Assembly (NCBI GenBank): GCA_002633005.1
Contig: NMRA01000310.1
Location: forward strand, 66,624 to 130,623
Reading direction: 5' to 3'
Origin: Phoronis australis
Taxonomy: Eukaryota > Animalia > Phoronida
DNA: 64,000 nucleotides
The notes beneath the pieces are model-generated. The model worked only from the letters and a program-made list of their open reading frames with translations, had not been told where the DNA came from and made no database searches. The position numbers were made by a program, and so were the translations under genes. Positions 13,301-24,321 of this stretch are shown here, piece after piece. Each line of letters begins with the position of its first letter. Position 1 is the stretch's first letter.

Positions 13301-13973
13301 ATGGTGGGGTGAGTTACAAGCAACGGCCAACCAATATTCACTAGGGACAGGGTAAGGTGAAAACTTAGGCCTTTAGTACAACTGTGCACACCTTAGTCTA
13401 AAGCAGCTGGACTATTGGACATCACGCCTAACACTAGATATTAAAGTTATGTAGGACCCTACAAAAATGTCCACATTTGGCCAAAATGGCCACATCCTAT
13501 CTCAGAAATGGGTAATTGGACTCGTACAAGACTTTCGCACACTAAGCATTATCTGCTGTTTTCCAAAACAGTGTTAAGAATTGTGGTTAAAATGTTCCAT
13601 TTACGAATGACCTTCTATCAAAAAAAGACTGTTAAGATTTTCAAAAGTCGCATGAAACGGAAATGAAAATTTAGAAAACCACAACAGCGTTTTCGATCTC
13701 AGAAAATTTACACTAAACGAAATCAATTTTAATAAAAGGTGTGGCATATTGGTAAAGTCAAAAATGAAATTCAACAGACTTTCATACAATATGTACTTTT
13801 ACCTTTTACCAAGTTAAAGTCACAAGTTTTGCATCTATCTGGCTAAATACAAAGACTGCTCAATAAGGTCCTACACAACTTCAAGGACACGCCAGGACAA
13901 GTCTAACATAAAGTTACGAGTATCTCTTCCACGTGAAGATTACGTTAAGGCGAACTTTACGAACAAGCCCTAC

Positions 13974-14074
13974 CTCTTTACTCGCTTCCTCCGCCTCTTC
14001 TTCGGCCGCAGTGAGCTCCTGGGCATTGGCCAAGTTGTCAACGGCGATAGCCAAGAAGACATTGAGCAGAGTAT
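13974..14074 (-). CDS. Cav2: Cav2 exon, IIS6 end and start of II-III linker (101 nt)
   Basis: (Y)[33 protein letters not shown]; donor |GTAGGG. Confidence 0.95.
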
Positions 14075-14358
14075 CTGAACACAATGGTCAAGGAAAGGAC
14101 AGTTTGAGAACAGTAACATTACTCTAGTACAGTCTATATCTGTGTGTCGTGTCTTGTCAATGCATCCAATGGTGACAAATGCCTTTTCTCTGTTTTGACA
14201 AAAGTGATAAGCCCATGGGTAAATGAAAATAGTCTAGTTGAGAACCTGCTGCTTAAAATAGTCACAGAAATAACATTGGCTAACTATCGTAATTCTTCAA
14301 CTTTTGACCAAAAGTTGACGATTGACAAAATGTCTTCCACTGTGGTAACTAAGGATAC
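14075..14358 (-). other. U12-type GT-AG intron (284 nt)
   Basis: 5' end GTATCCTT; branch site TTCCTTGAC at 14095-14087, close to the 3' CAG. Confidence 0.9.
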
Positions 14359-14476
14359 AGTTACCAAAGAGCACCAGCAGGACAAAGTAGAAGCATATGG
14401 GCATACCATCAGGTACACCTCCGTACGACCGGATGCCATTGTACATGACCTCATTCCAGTCTTCACCTGTCAAGAT
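14359..14476 (-). CDS. Cav2: Cav2 exon, DII selectivity filter and start of IIS6 (118 nt)
   Basis: [39 protein letters not shown]; ends T|GTATCCTT. Confidence 0.96.
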
Positions 14477-16558
14477 CTTCAAAAAGAAACGATTGACACA
14501 ATGCAGTGAATACAGTGACAAAAACTCATTCTCAAGAGCATTTACGGGTATATACGTAGCCTCAAATTTCCTCTCAGAGGTGGACGTTATCTGCACGTGA
14601 GGACTACAGGAAGTCACAATGACCTTCAAAACTGGAGAACGATTGGCTGTGTGACTAGAGTTCGCACATGTGCAGATAATGCTGATACCGAGGGGAAATT
14701 GACGTAAAAATTACCCGCAAGCTTTGGGAGCAAAAGTGTAATAAATGTGACTCACCACCAGGTGGCAACCCTTGTCACAAGTCAAGACAACAACAGGCTC
14801 CACCTGGTGGCTGTATCAGACGATGCCTAACTCGGTCAAAGAATTTGGGCATTCATTAGCTTTCACACATGTTGCCGTTCTCTTTCCATGAATTACAAAC
14901 CATGGGAACACATCCAAGTTTTCACAAGATCCGTAATAAATCTGTGCATTGTGAAAAGCCAGTTAGAAACGCAGTGCAAAGATACGGTGAATTAATTATA
15001 TCTCTTATCAAAAAGAAAATACTTTGAAGTTCGGAGAAAAAATAATACTACAACATTTCATTACAAGTAAAAATTTTGGCATTTACTAATGAACCTCCAA
15101 TGAGCCACACACCACACTGAAGTATGAACAACATTTTAATACTCAATTATTCAATCATTTTTCACAATCTCAAATGAGAAACATCACCAAACACTTTTAC
15201 AACAAGAAACTAGTCACACAATGCTACAAATAACTTAAAAATACAACTACCACAAAGACCTCAATTCCGTCATTTACAAACGAAAAGGTTATTTTCAAGA
15301 GCTTATCTGTGTTTTTCTAATGAAAAACTTTACATGCAAACAGTCGAAGCTCCTATAAACCGACATTCCGCCAAAGAAACAAAACTTTGTATCATTTACT
15401 ACTATAAAACTAGTCCCCACCTTGGACCTAACTCAGTTGACAATTGGTTTCTGGCCATGGAAAGAACCAACAATATGCCTAAGGCCACATTCTGAGCTTG
15501 GAAGGGGTAAGTTGTCCCGGAGTGACTGTAAATCGTGGGTGTCGTTCACGCACAATAGACATTTTGAAATAGACAAGCAAGGTGAATGAAAGTAGCTCCT
15601 AGTCACAAGGCTAGACAAAGGGTTTTTGGTCCTGCCCCCTGAGAAGATAATTGTTTTATTACCCCCTACGGGTTTGAATAGCCAAGCCCTTGAATGCACG
15701 CTTGGCGTTTAAAATCACCCACTACAGCCAGCCTGAACTTCTTGATCAGGCTGTTCACAAGCAATGCTATCATGTTATTCAAAGCCCAAAATCTCATCTA
15801 CAATAAAAAAGTCTTCCGTTTAGGACACAATATGGTGGACAGGTGATATTTTATTTCGTCAAATTTTTCAAAAAAAAATTTTCTGGAAAATTTACTTTGC
15901 TTTTAGCATGGTTTTTATGGTGTACCTAAAAACATTTGGTAAAATTTTGAGCATTTAGATCAAGATGGCAAGCTTTTAAAAAATAGAAATACGGCAATTA
16001 AGCAATTATTTTTGTCCCAAATTGAAGATTTTTTACTGTAATTTGAGTAAGGAATGCAAGGTCGAGACTAATTTCATAATTGTTGTGTTAGTGTTCTACA
16101 TTGAAAGTTTTAGTTTTGACGAAACTACGTCGGTTTATAGCACCACACTACAACACATAGGAAACGAAGATAATTGATGAAAAATGACAGGCTAAAAGAG
16201 TCTTAATCCATATGGCAAGTATAGAAAGGATAAACAATACATACCAGAAAACAAAATGAATGCCATGCAAAAATGAACTTTGTGATCTTGAGTGCAAACA
16301 CGTAGCCCTACGTCATTCACTATTAACCAAATTCAACGGAACGTTCGTCGAGAGGACATCAGCAACAAATGTACCATGTCATAATCACCCAGACCAATTA
16401 TGGTCATTTACCAACTACCAACCAAAGGAATTAAGGGCCACCCATTACCAAAGATGACCGTTAACCCAAAAACAAACAGGTTGACCCAGTTACCACTAAC
16501 AGCCTAAGCACATTGAGCCTGACACAATGCTACCATACACGATACAACAAAGGGCTAC

Positions 16559-16631
16559 CTGAAAGACCGTTAACAGGGCCATAACAAACGTGTCGTAATT
16601 GGCGTGAGGTCGGCCATCAGGAAAGTTCCAT
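16559..16631 (-). CDS. Cav2: Cav2 alternative domain II turret/P1 exon B (73 nt)
   Basis: WNFPDGRPHANYDTFVMALLTVFQ; caccag| ... |GTAGCC; phase 2/0. Confidence 0.92.
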
Positions 16632-16871
16632 CTGGTGAGCGGTGATGGAAAAACAGACAAATCATAATGAGCGTGATCACGCAGATAGGTGGCGCTCATC
16701 TAGAGCATGTGACATCTGGCAGTGGTGGAATGTGTGTGTGTGTCAGCAAGCTGCAGCAGTTGTTTGAAACTGTGTGTCCAATCCTACAGCATGCTGACAG
16801 TTGACCCCAAATGCACAAGCTCTAGATGACCAATCAAAACAATAAATTTGAGCTGCATTTAGCTGATCTAC

Positions 16872-16944
16872 CTGGAACACCGCCATCATTGCCATGCTAA
16901 ATGTGTCGTAATGCTGTTTGGGTCGCCCGTCCTCGAAGTTCCAC
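16872..16944 (-). CDS. Cav2: Cav2 alternative domain II turret/P1 exon A (73 nt)
   Basis: WNFEDGRPKQHYDTFSMAMMAVFQ; caccag| ... |GTAGAT; phase 2/0. Confidence 0.9.
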
Positions 16945-17760
16945 CTGGTGGTGGGCAAGGAAGTAACAACATGGCAATATTAGTACAAGCTATCCAATGT
17001 TAGTCATGTGATTGGCCAAAGGCAATTGAAATAGACCAATCCCAGTACAAACTGGCAATGCAATATTCAATCAACTGAAGAAATGGGTACCAAGGCAACA
17101 ACGACATACTCTGCTTTGAGATTTTTCTCAATCTAGTTATCTACATTTGGGAATGAATTTAGAAAAGAACAGATAAACATGTCATCAAACAAGGAACAAA
17201 ATGGCCGCTTTAATACTACACTGATACAGTGACCTTTCAAAGGTCAACGGGAGTTAACTACAGTTGGAACTGGTGAATTAAATTGGGGGATCACTCTGGG
17301 ATTCCTTCCAAGATGCAGATGCCGGGGATTGGTCCGTCTGTAATTGAGGTTAGTTGCTTAGTATAGGGGTCTACCTAACATGCAAAATAGTGTTCAGCGC
17401 AAGACTGTGAAGGGAGTGTTCTTTAAACGTAACTCATGATTCGCCTGTACGTTTAACTTAAAACTGCAAATACAGTAGCGTGCAAACTGTCTTGAAACTG
17501 AAAAATAAACATTGCAAGCCAGTGATTACATGACGGCCCTGGCGCTTTCCACTTCACTGGCTTTTATGTTATTTCTCAGATAATGTGTAATTTCGACTCA
17601 GTTTCATCCGACTTACTACCCACGATATTGACAACACGTTTGCTGGGTTTCATCGCCTTGCAACAAAATCCCTACAGCAGGGAAACCGTCGTCTGTGACG
17701 GCAGATCTCTACAGTTAATGCCATGGTTCATAGTAAGGGTGCGTCTAGTTAGATACTTAC

Positions 17761-17892
17761 TGGCCTCCAAAGAGTTGCATACCCAGCAGGGCGAAGATCA
17801 ATATGAAGAGAAAGAGCAAGAAGAGAAGACTGATGATGGAGCGCATGGAACTGAGCAGTGATATGACCAGGTTACGTAGAGATGACCAGTAT
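17761..17892 (-). CDS. Cav2: Cav2 exon, IIS5 (132 nt)
   Basis: [44 protein letters not shown]; tttcag| ... |GTAAGT. Confidence 0.96.
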
Positions 17893-18000
17893 CTGAAATG
17901 TAATACCACGAACATTCACAGTTTTGAAGCAGAGTAGTGATGTGACCAGGTTACGTAGAGATGACCAGTACCTGAAATATAATACCGTGAATATTCATAG
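17863..18000 (-). repeat. About 79-bp tandem duplication of the acceptor and 5' end of the IIS5 exon
   Basis: tgaccaggttacgtagagatgaccagta(t/c)ctgaaat occurs twice, giving candidate exon starts at 17892 and 17971. Confidence 0.85.
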
Positions 18001-18091
18001 CTGTCACTATTATTGACCATGGAGCTATCACAACGTGCCAACCACTACACTTTCTTTTTACGATTTTACTCCATCATTGGCTGACACTGAC

Positions 18092-18201
18092 CTTGTGACC
18101 TTGAATATACGTAGTAGACGAAGAGCTCGCATCACACTGAAGCCAAATGAACCGCCTCGAAAGTAGGACCAAAGGACTTCAAATAAACTACCAACTATGA
18201 C
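18092..18201 (-). CDS. Cav2: Cav2 exon, IIS3-IIS4 (110 nt)
   Basis: [37 protein letters not shown]; ttgtag| ... |GTCAGT. Confidence 0.96.
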
Positions 18202-18691
18202 CTACAAGGGAAAATGGGGAATTTGAGCACAAAAATGAAGAATGAACATTGTGCGTGACATCAAGATAAAGGACCACACCATGGCTACATTCCATAGCCC
18301 AAGTTTCTTGCAAGAAAAACATGATCACACAAGTCTTCGCGAGATATTGCCATGCATAACAACCGAAGCACATGACCACAGTAGACTTTCTCGCAAGTTG
18401 CCTTAGATTGACAGAATGCAGGCCTGAGTTAAAAATTAACCACGTTAACCCACAACCAAATACTACTAATGACATACTATCAGAATTCTTACGAGCTTTG
18501 AATAATATAAAAAAACAAAGATAATGGTTACATCTTATGTTTTTTTCAGGGAAAATTGCTTACAAACCATATATACAGCATGGGAAACACCAGAGTAAAA
18601 TATTAATGGAAAATAAATATTATTTCGGATATAACTGTATTGGGCTAATACACAACATTTTACTGCATACTTGAGGAGTCTGTGCACTTAC

Positions 18692-18804
18692 CACACAGTC
18701 AAACTTGTTAAAAGATGATTGCCAATATACACGGAAGCCAAGACCGTACATTTTGATGAGCATTTCACTGATGAACAAACACAAGAACGCGTACTCTGAT
18801 ATAC
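18692..18804 (-). CDS. Cav2: Cav2 exon, IIS2 (113 nt)
   Basis: [37 protein letters not shown]; ttgcag| ... |GTAAGT. Confidence 0.96.
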
Positions 18805-18808
18805 CTGC

Positions 18809-18920
18809 AATGGCAAACAAAATGGCATCAGGACAAACAAAATGGCATCGGGACAAACAAAATGGCATCGGGACAAACAAAATGGCATCGGGACAAACAA
18901 AATGGCATCGGGACAAACAA
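18809..18920 (+). repeat. 20-bp minisatellite (aatggcatcgggacaaacaa x5 plus a partial copy) abutting a 3' splice site
   Basis: Units at 18821, 18841, 18861, 18881 and 18901. Confidence 0.95.
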
Positions 18921-20115
18921 ACATAATTGGTCAGTCGACTTTATTTGAAATTCCAGTTGCTGATGGGGCATTTTGTCAGTTGCTCAATTTTTCAAAACAA
19001 AGAACAAAAACTTCCACCGAGATGATGATGATCTGTGACTTGTTTTTTAATCATCAATAGACAAATTCAAACTTTGCTTAACCTTACTTAGGTGTATTTG
19101 TGTAGCTTTTAAAAAACGCGAACCTTGGCTCAAATTGGTCTGGACGGGAGTTTTTTAAGTCAGTGAGCGCAGGTCTCAAAATGAGTCAGGGTACAGAACA
19201 GAACCAATCATACTTCTTGTATGGCCAAAGCAGTGTGACTACACTGTTCTCCAAACTCGCCAGGAATTTCTAAGAACAAGACTACAAATTTGAAAGAATA
19301 CCTCCACACATCAGGGTTTGCACACAAAGCCCAGGAATATCACCACTGACCCCACTGGCGCCAGCGTCAAAATTAAGCTCGTACTGCTCAGCACAATATT
19401 CCTAAATGCACACGTTACCATACTCGCCAGAATGTGTATTCTAGCAAATTCTAAACAGGCCACATTGCCGCGTCTTCAGTCAACTTTGTGTACAAGACAA
19501 GTTGATGCCACATTATTCCGATGCAATCAACGAGCAGGACACATCCCTCAATTTCATATCCTTGTGTTGTTGCTGTTTTTAAGTCTCTCATTTCCAAGAT
19601 CCGTTAAAAAGGGCGTGATAAATACTGTGCAAGACAGCAAATGGAATTTTGATGTACGTCGCATCGCAAACGCAAGAATGTAGATCACAATGTCTTGCAC
19701 TGTTAAGCAGCGCCATTCAAGACATACGCAAGGTCAATCAGTTTCACCATTTTGTCAGTTATTTTGCATGGAATTACTATAAAAATTCAAAATTTTACAG
19801 AGTTAAACGTTTTTTTCAGCCTATGGCGCAGAATAATCTCGCGCTGACCTAAAGGTTTCAACAGCGTAAAATTTCACCAAATAAAGGCAGAGTATAACAG
19901 ACAAGTAAGACCTTATTGTTTCATTTCTTTTCATAAATTCGTTTAATTTCTAGTAAGCTCTATACCCTAACTAGCATCAGAGAACGTTTTGAGAAATTGA
20001 GAGAATTCACGCAACAAACGCTTTGGAAAACGGGAAGAAGAGCAATTTTGCAAATTATTGTTACCCAAATGAGATCAGGTTTTCCCATACACCTGAGGCA
20101 ATGTCGGATGCTTAC

Positions 20116-20243
20116 CTAAGAATTTGGTCAACCAATCGGGTTGACCGTAATGTTCTACAGCCACACACAGTGTGTTCAGAAACACTAGCACAATGACCAC
20201 CCAGTAGAACCCTTGTGACTTGACCACACGGCGGATGAAGAAC
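20116..20243 (-). CDS. Cav2: Cav2 exon, IIS1 (128 nt)
   Basis: [42 protein letters not shown]; ttttag| ... |GTAAGC. Confidence 0.96.
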
Positions 20244-23200
20244 CTAAAACACAATTAATAATGCTCTGTGTTTGACAATGTGAAAGACGCAACAAGAGGA
20301 CACGATGACTACATAAGTCATTTAGAATTATTTAGTCATTACATTGGATATGCACTTTGGCATGGAGACTAGAAATGTCTAATTTGTAGCTAATTCTATA
20401 AGCAGTCTTTACACAGAACCTGACGATGGTGAATGAATCCAGATGTCGCTTATTTGTAATGGAAATTATCATCACTATCTTCAACGTAATTGGCTACATT
20501 TGTTGCCAAAGAACAGATTTCTTAAATACCTTTCTTACTAACTGTAAGCCCATGAAACTATATATTCTTAAAATACTTGATGACCAAGGAATCGTATAAT
20601 AACCCCATGTTGATAATCACACCATTGCACTGATCCATGTAATTTCCACAAACACAAATTTTTCGAATGAAACTTGAAAAGTCTGTTTCTGAATTACATT
20701 AAATACAAAAGCCTGTCTGCAATTTGCTCTTCTAACCCAAGAACTCCGCTGTCAAAAATGAAGATGTCAACAATTTTTAAAAAAATGCAGGTCTTAATTT
20801 TTGACGGCTAAGTTCTCGAGCTAAGAAGCCTTAAAATGAAAATTGAAGACGCACCTGTTTATAGCTAATAGAATAAAGGAACAAAATTTGCATGTTTAGC
20901 CCAAAGTGCTACACCTGGAAAATATGGTGACCTCCGCAAAAATGCCATAAATGTGATTAAAAACATCCGTGCATTGTTTTCACACACATAAGAAATTTCT
21001 GCGACCATCAAGGATTTTAAAAATATATTGTTTTGTGGGACTGCTGTTAAACACGTAAAAAGTTACTTAAGAGATTCTACCCATAGTAATGAAGGTATTC
21101 CATTACATCAACATTCAATTGGTAAATAACAAACACACTGACAACAAAGGCAGGTTTCCGTAACGCTAGTTTCTTGCGACTTTGGTGAGATCATACTATT
21201 CTTTGCGAGATGGCGCCATGCATCACATGTGAAGCACACGTGACTATCTGACCTTACGAAGTGGGCCGCGGGAAATACGTTTTGGGTTGGTTCGACCGCA
21301 TGTGATGCTGAATATAATGGTCTTCAATAGGGTCGTCCTGGATTACACAGCGACACTCGAATCTCGCTGTATTTACCCACAATGCCGTAAACATCCGTCA
21401 GGCACATTTGCTGCCCCATTTTCGTGCCACTGGAGTTTCACACGTTATTCGTTGATTTCAGGTTTTTTCTCAGTTGCAATACTCTATATGTCCTTCCAAT
21501 GCTAACAAAGTACTACTGCTGTGCCGTGAACTGCAACTTCAATGTGAGAAAGTTTGATAACCAGATAAAATAACCATGGATGCGTGATCTGAAATTCTTC
21601 GCTTTCTCGACATCAATGAGACACGAAAATGTTCCCCATTTCCAAAACGACGTCACAAGCTTTCTTAACTCCAGGACAAAGGAGAGTTCTATCGCCGTGT
21701 AATCCAGGATGGCCCTATTAGTCACATTGTATCACACAATATGATACAATACTCTATAACCAGTTAATTAGGCGCCTTAACTGTAATGGAGCTGTAGAAC
21801 AAACTTGAGTTTTTTACACTTGCAAATTTTTATTGTGAACTACAGTCCATGTCGAAAAACAACAAAAATTTTAACAGAAATCTCACTCCCTCATTTGACC
21901 CGTTAATAATAACACTCTCTCGTCCAACGCATTAGTTGCTATACTCTTTGAAGAATTTGAAAGTCAAAGGTCACGGCCTCTGTCCAACTGCAAGTTGTGA
22001 AAAGTTTGCAATCGCCAGCGCCCCCTCTAGGTATACAACAAATGACCGTCCGGTGTAACACACAAACACACGTTAACTAAAGACAACCAAAACCAACCAA
22101 TCACGTCAGGCCTACCTTAACCTATTTTGACTACGTAGATACAGAAAAGGATAGGATTTAGAATTTAGTCATGCACAACAGCACCGAGCTTAGCCGGAAT
22201 AGCAGGCAGAATACTAAAGACATTTGAAGATCTTCCGTAAAAGAAAAGTAACACGCAGCTATGTGACATAACATTTAAAAACAAGTACAGCATGAAATTA
22301 AATAAGTAATGTCCATTGTCGTTAGTAACGGTCCATTGTAGTGTGACCACATCAAGACACAGTGTCGAGAAGATGGGAATGCAAGAACGAAGCAACACAG
22401 TCCAACATGGACACGTGACAAACTGATACACTGTAAGTCTCCACTTATTGTGTGCAAAAAATCGCCAAAATTGTTGTATTTCCATTTTCAAAGGATGATT
22501 GCCTCATTGTAAACATAATGGAAGATTTACTGAAAGCTGTTTTATGACATCTACACTGCTCAAACCATGCTAGTAATAGACTGAAATTTTCTTAGTAAAA
22601 ACGAGAAAAATTACTTGCTAGGAGACATTTAATTAGTTGAGCATAACATTGCAAGCCCGCAGCTCACATGACTGTTCTTCCCGGTTATGTGATCAAAGGC
22701 CTGAGCTACAGGCTGGAAACGCTATGCTCAACTAACTTAAAGTCTCTTAGTAAGTAACTTTTCTTGATTTTACCATCATCACAGGAGACAACGATGAACA
22801 CTTTTAACCGTAAAATTTTCTAATAATCTATCTTTGTGGAGAAATTTGACCCAATAGAATTTCACTTGTCAGCCCTTTCGCGTGCTAAAAAAGTGTAGGA
22901 TTACCGTATTTTACAATAATCTTAAAGACACAAATACGTTTGAAGAAAAGTATAATCAGAGAGTATTGTAACTATTAAACAAATTTGTAAACATTGTGGA
23001 ATTTTGTTGGCATATTCCTTGCCGAAAAATCGGGAAACAAAGTCACGAAAAGTTGATGGAGAATGGAGAAAGGTGAACCAAAGCCGATATACCATAGAAC
23101 GGTATGTTTTAAAATGATACCGTGTCAGAATATCACCATACCATTTTTGATACTGCATGCAGCCACAATTAGGAAGTGTCCAAAATTAGTGTTCTAGTCA

Positions 23201-23583
23201 ACACACCTCACTAGTGGTATACCACCTGAATGTGTTGTTGTGAACATTGAGCTACAGTCACTGTGTGAAATGACCATAGGTCAATATGGAAAAGTGACCA
23301 CGAGTCACCCTGAAGTGGTGGTCAACAGTCATTATATCATATTGATTGACAGTCACTGTGTAGAAATGACCTCTAGTCACTGCTGTGGTGACCAGTTGTT
23401 ACCATATTATACTGACTGCTAGTCGCTGTGATGAAATGACCATAGGTCACTGTCCTGAAAAGACCGCTAGTCACTATAGCAACTTAAGTAAAGGGTCACC
23501 CGTCAAGAATTTCTTAAGATTTTGAGTTAGTTGCATTCACTTAATGAAGCTTAGCCACATTATGCGATGGTCACTGTGCTTAC

Positions 23584-23764
23584 CGGAATCTCTTCTCACT
23601 TGTCCAGAAGCCGGCACATTGACCGTTCCTAGCCGTCTCGTTGTTTAATGGATTTGACATGTCCATGTCACTAAACAGATCTTCTTCATTGTCCGTCTTA
23701 TTTACATCCACTTCTTTACCACCCTTCATCTGTTTTATTTTCCGCATGGCTGCCCTCCGCCGGG
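23584..23764 (-). CDS. Cav2: Cav2 exon, distal I-II linker (181 nt)
   Basis: ARRRAAMRKIKQMKGGKEV...CAGFWTSEKRFR; ttttag| ... |GTAAGC. Confidence 0.92.
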
Positions 23765-23867
23765 CTAAAAACCCAAACATTCTTCGATGACGCTTTACAG
23801 AATACAAGAAATTCAAGACAGTTGTGTACACGAAGTACAAAATAGATTCATACATCCAGAATAAGCA

Positions 23868-24003
23868 CGACTACTAAAAATTCTTTTGCCATAGGACCAT
23901 TCCCCTCATGTTCATGTCGTCAGTTTGAGGATGGCATAAGAAGGCTGAAAACGCTCACAAGGTATATTTCCGTCGTCTATGCCAAAAGAATTTTTAGTAG
24001 TCG
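23868..24003. mobile_element. Small MITE-like inverted repeat in intron
   Basis: cgactactaaaaattcttttgccatag ... ctatgccaaaagaatttttagtagtcg, arms of about 27 bp. Confidence 0.65.
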
Positions 24004-24145
24004 CCTGTGTATACCTAAGTGATAGCGAAAAGACTGAAAAAGATGGATGGCCTTTTCTTTAATGTTTGGTCAAAAGGGGTACGTGAATGTATCGGTGACA
24101 CAACTGCCACCAAAAGCTCTTAAACATTGTACGCAAAACGCTAAC

Positions 24146-24321
24146 CTTCGATTATTTTCATTTTCTCTTCATCTGTAGTCCTCTCTTCATTTAAAATGAC
24201 CTCCTCCGCTTTACATATCCACTCGAGATAGCCGCTCAACTGACGGTCTATCTGTTGCTGTTTCCGTATCTTCAGAAAAGCCCGTCTATTTTCGACTCTT
24301 TCTCTTTCTTTGGCAAACTCT
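24146..24321 (-). CDS. Cav2: Cav2 exon, I-II linker with AID (176 nt)
   Basis: [58 protein letters not shown]; tttcag| ... |GTTAGC. Confidence 0.95.

Noticed and set aside
17230-17340. Good branch site and acceptor followed by RTNPRHLHLGRNPRVIPQFNS...
   Set aside because: No convincing donor before a stop codon, and no P1-helix similarity.
17617-17671. 55-nt AG/GTAAGT-bounded segment after the IIS5 exon, considered as a third DII exon
   Set aside because: Stop codon in the required frame and no similarity to the turret. A poison exon cannot be excluded but is unsupported.
18620-19060. Repetitive ORFs and a CRISPR-like appearance
   Set aside because: Head-to-tail minisatellite with no spacers, in a eukaryotic intron.
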